Below, one piece after another: positions 63,195 through 64,000 of a DNA stretch of 64,000 nucleotides (positions are counted from its first letter, which is position 1; every line of letters starts with the position of its first letter). A program made the position numbers and the translations under genes. Below the pieces are notes generated by a model. It was given only the letters and a program-made list of their open reading frames with translations. It did not search any database and was not told the origin of the DNA. The DNA lies in NCBI GenBank assembly GCA_038087875.1, contig CM075988.1, positions 22,074,001-22,138,000 of the forward strand. Direction: 5' to 3'. This DNA comes from Malacoraja senta. Taxonomy: Eukaryota.

Positions 63195-63488
63195 TTAGTT
63201 TAGAGGCAGTGCACAAACGGGCCCTTAGCCAACGAATCCACAACGACCAGTAATCCCCGCACGTTAACACTACCCTACACTCACTAGGGACAATTTTACA
63301 TTTACACCAAGACAATTAACCTACAAACTTGTACGTCTTTGGAGTGTGGAGAAAACCGAAGATCTCGGAGAAAACCACGCAGGTCACGGGGAGAATGTAC
63401 AAACTCCGTACAGACAAGCATCTGTAGTTAGGATCGAATCCGGGTCTCTGGCCCTGTAAGGCAGCAGCTCTACCGCTGCGCCACCGTG
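63195..63488 (-). mobile_element. V-SINE/HE1-like SINE copy
   Basis: Reverse complement of the same family. Confidence 0.75.
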
Positions 63489-64000
63489 CTACAGTTCACT
63501 TCCTTTAACGCTATAAAAATAAATGTACAGCATCAAAGTTGTGCGATAATTAACCTGTCACTCAGGAAGGGTTGGAGCAGGAATATGAGATTATTTCACT
63601 GTGAAATAATTATAGCTACTGTTTGTGGATAATGTAACTTGCCACAAAATATGTCAACATTCCTTAAAAAGTGCTGTTTGTGTGTAAGGCTCTTTTCACT
63701 TGGTCTTCACTCCTATCTTCACTAGTCACCCCTTTGTACTCTTTGTCCTGTCCCCTGTCCCTTTGAACCCTAGCTACTCATTGTCCCTGTCCCCCCCCCC
63801 CAGCACCTTCCCTCACCGCTCTCAATTTGTTGTCGAGCCTCTCCCTTGCGCCAGCCACTCTTTGTTTTTCCTCGCCATCTGCTTGCACACACTCTGTCAG
63901 GCACCTGCCCCCTCTGAACTGGTGAACCCTGTTGCATTAAGCCAACTATATTTATTTCATTACTATAGCCAGTGGGTACAGGGTGGTTCTCAGAAAACAT

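Overview
Vertebrate nuclear DNA. The repeat content (V-SINE/HE1-like SINEs, Penelope, CR1, L2, Rex1) suggests a cartilaginous fish, probably a skate or ray; this is inference. Two spliced genes sit head-to-head across an ~860 bp CpG-rich bidirectional promoter. VPS26B is on the - strand (6 coding exons, 29714 to 12497, 333 aa, complete). NCAPD3 is on the + strand (20 coding exons from 30578, about 854 codons, running off the right edge). All exon junctions are GT-AG and phase-consistent. Also present: a 2 kb purine satellite, a degenerate intron-containing tRNA-Leu, two young Penelope (RT + GIY-YIG) copies, Tc1, Harbinger-MITE, Helitron, LTR/PBS and HERO-like remnants, and many short TSD-flanked Penelope-terminus elements with a hammerhead-like core. 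Most notable: (i) a Penelope RT/GIY-YIG ORF lies in frame with an NCAPD3 exon, 17 nt past its donor; (ii) a 90 bp element sits inside, and duplicates, an NCAPD3 splice acceptor; (iii) an apparent duplicated symmetric exon pair in NCAPD3; (iv) a promoter minisatellite built from NRF1-like motifs.
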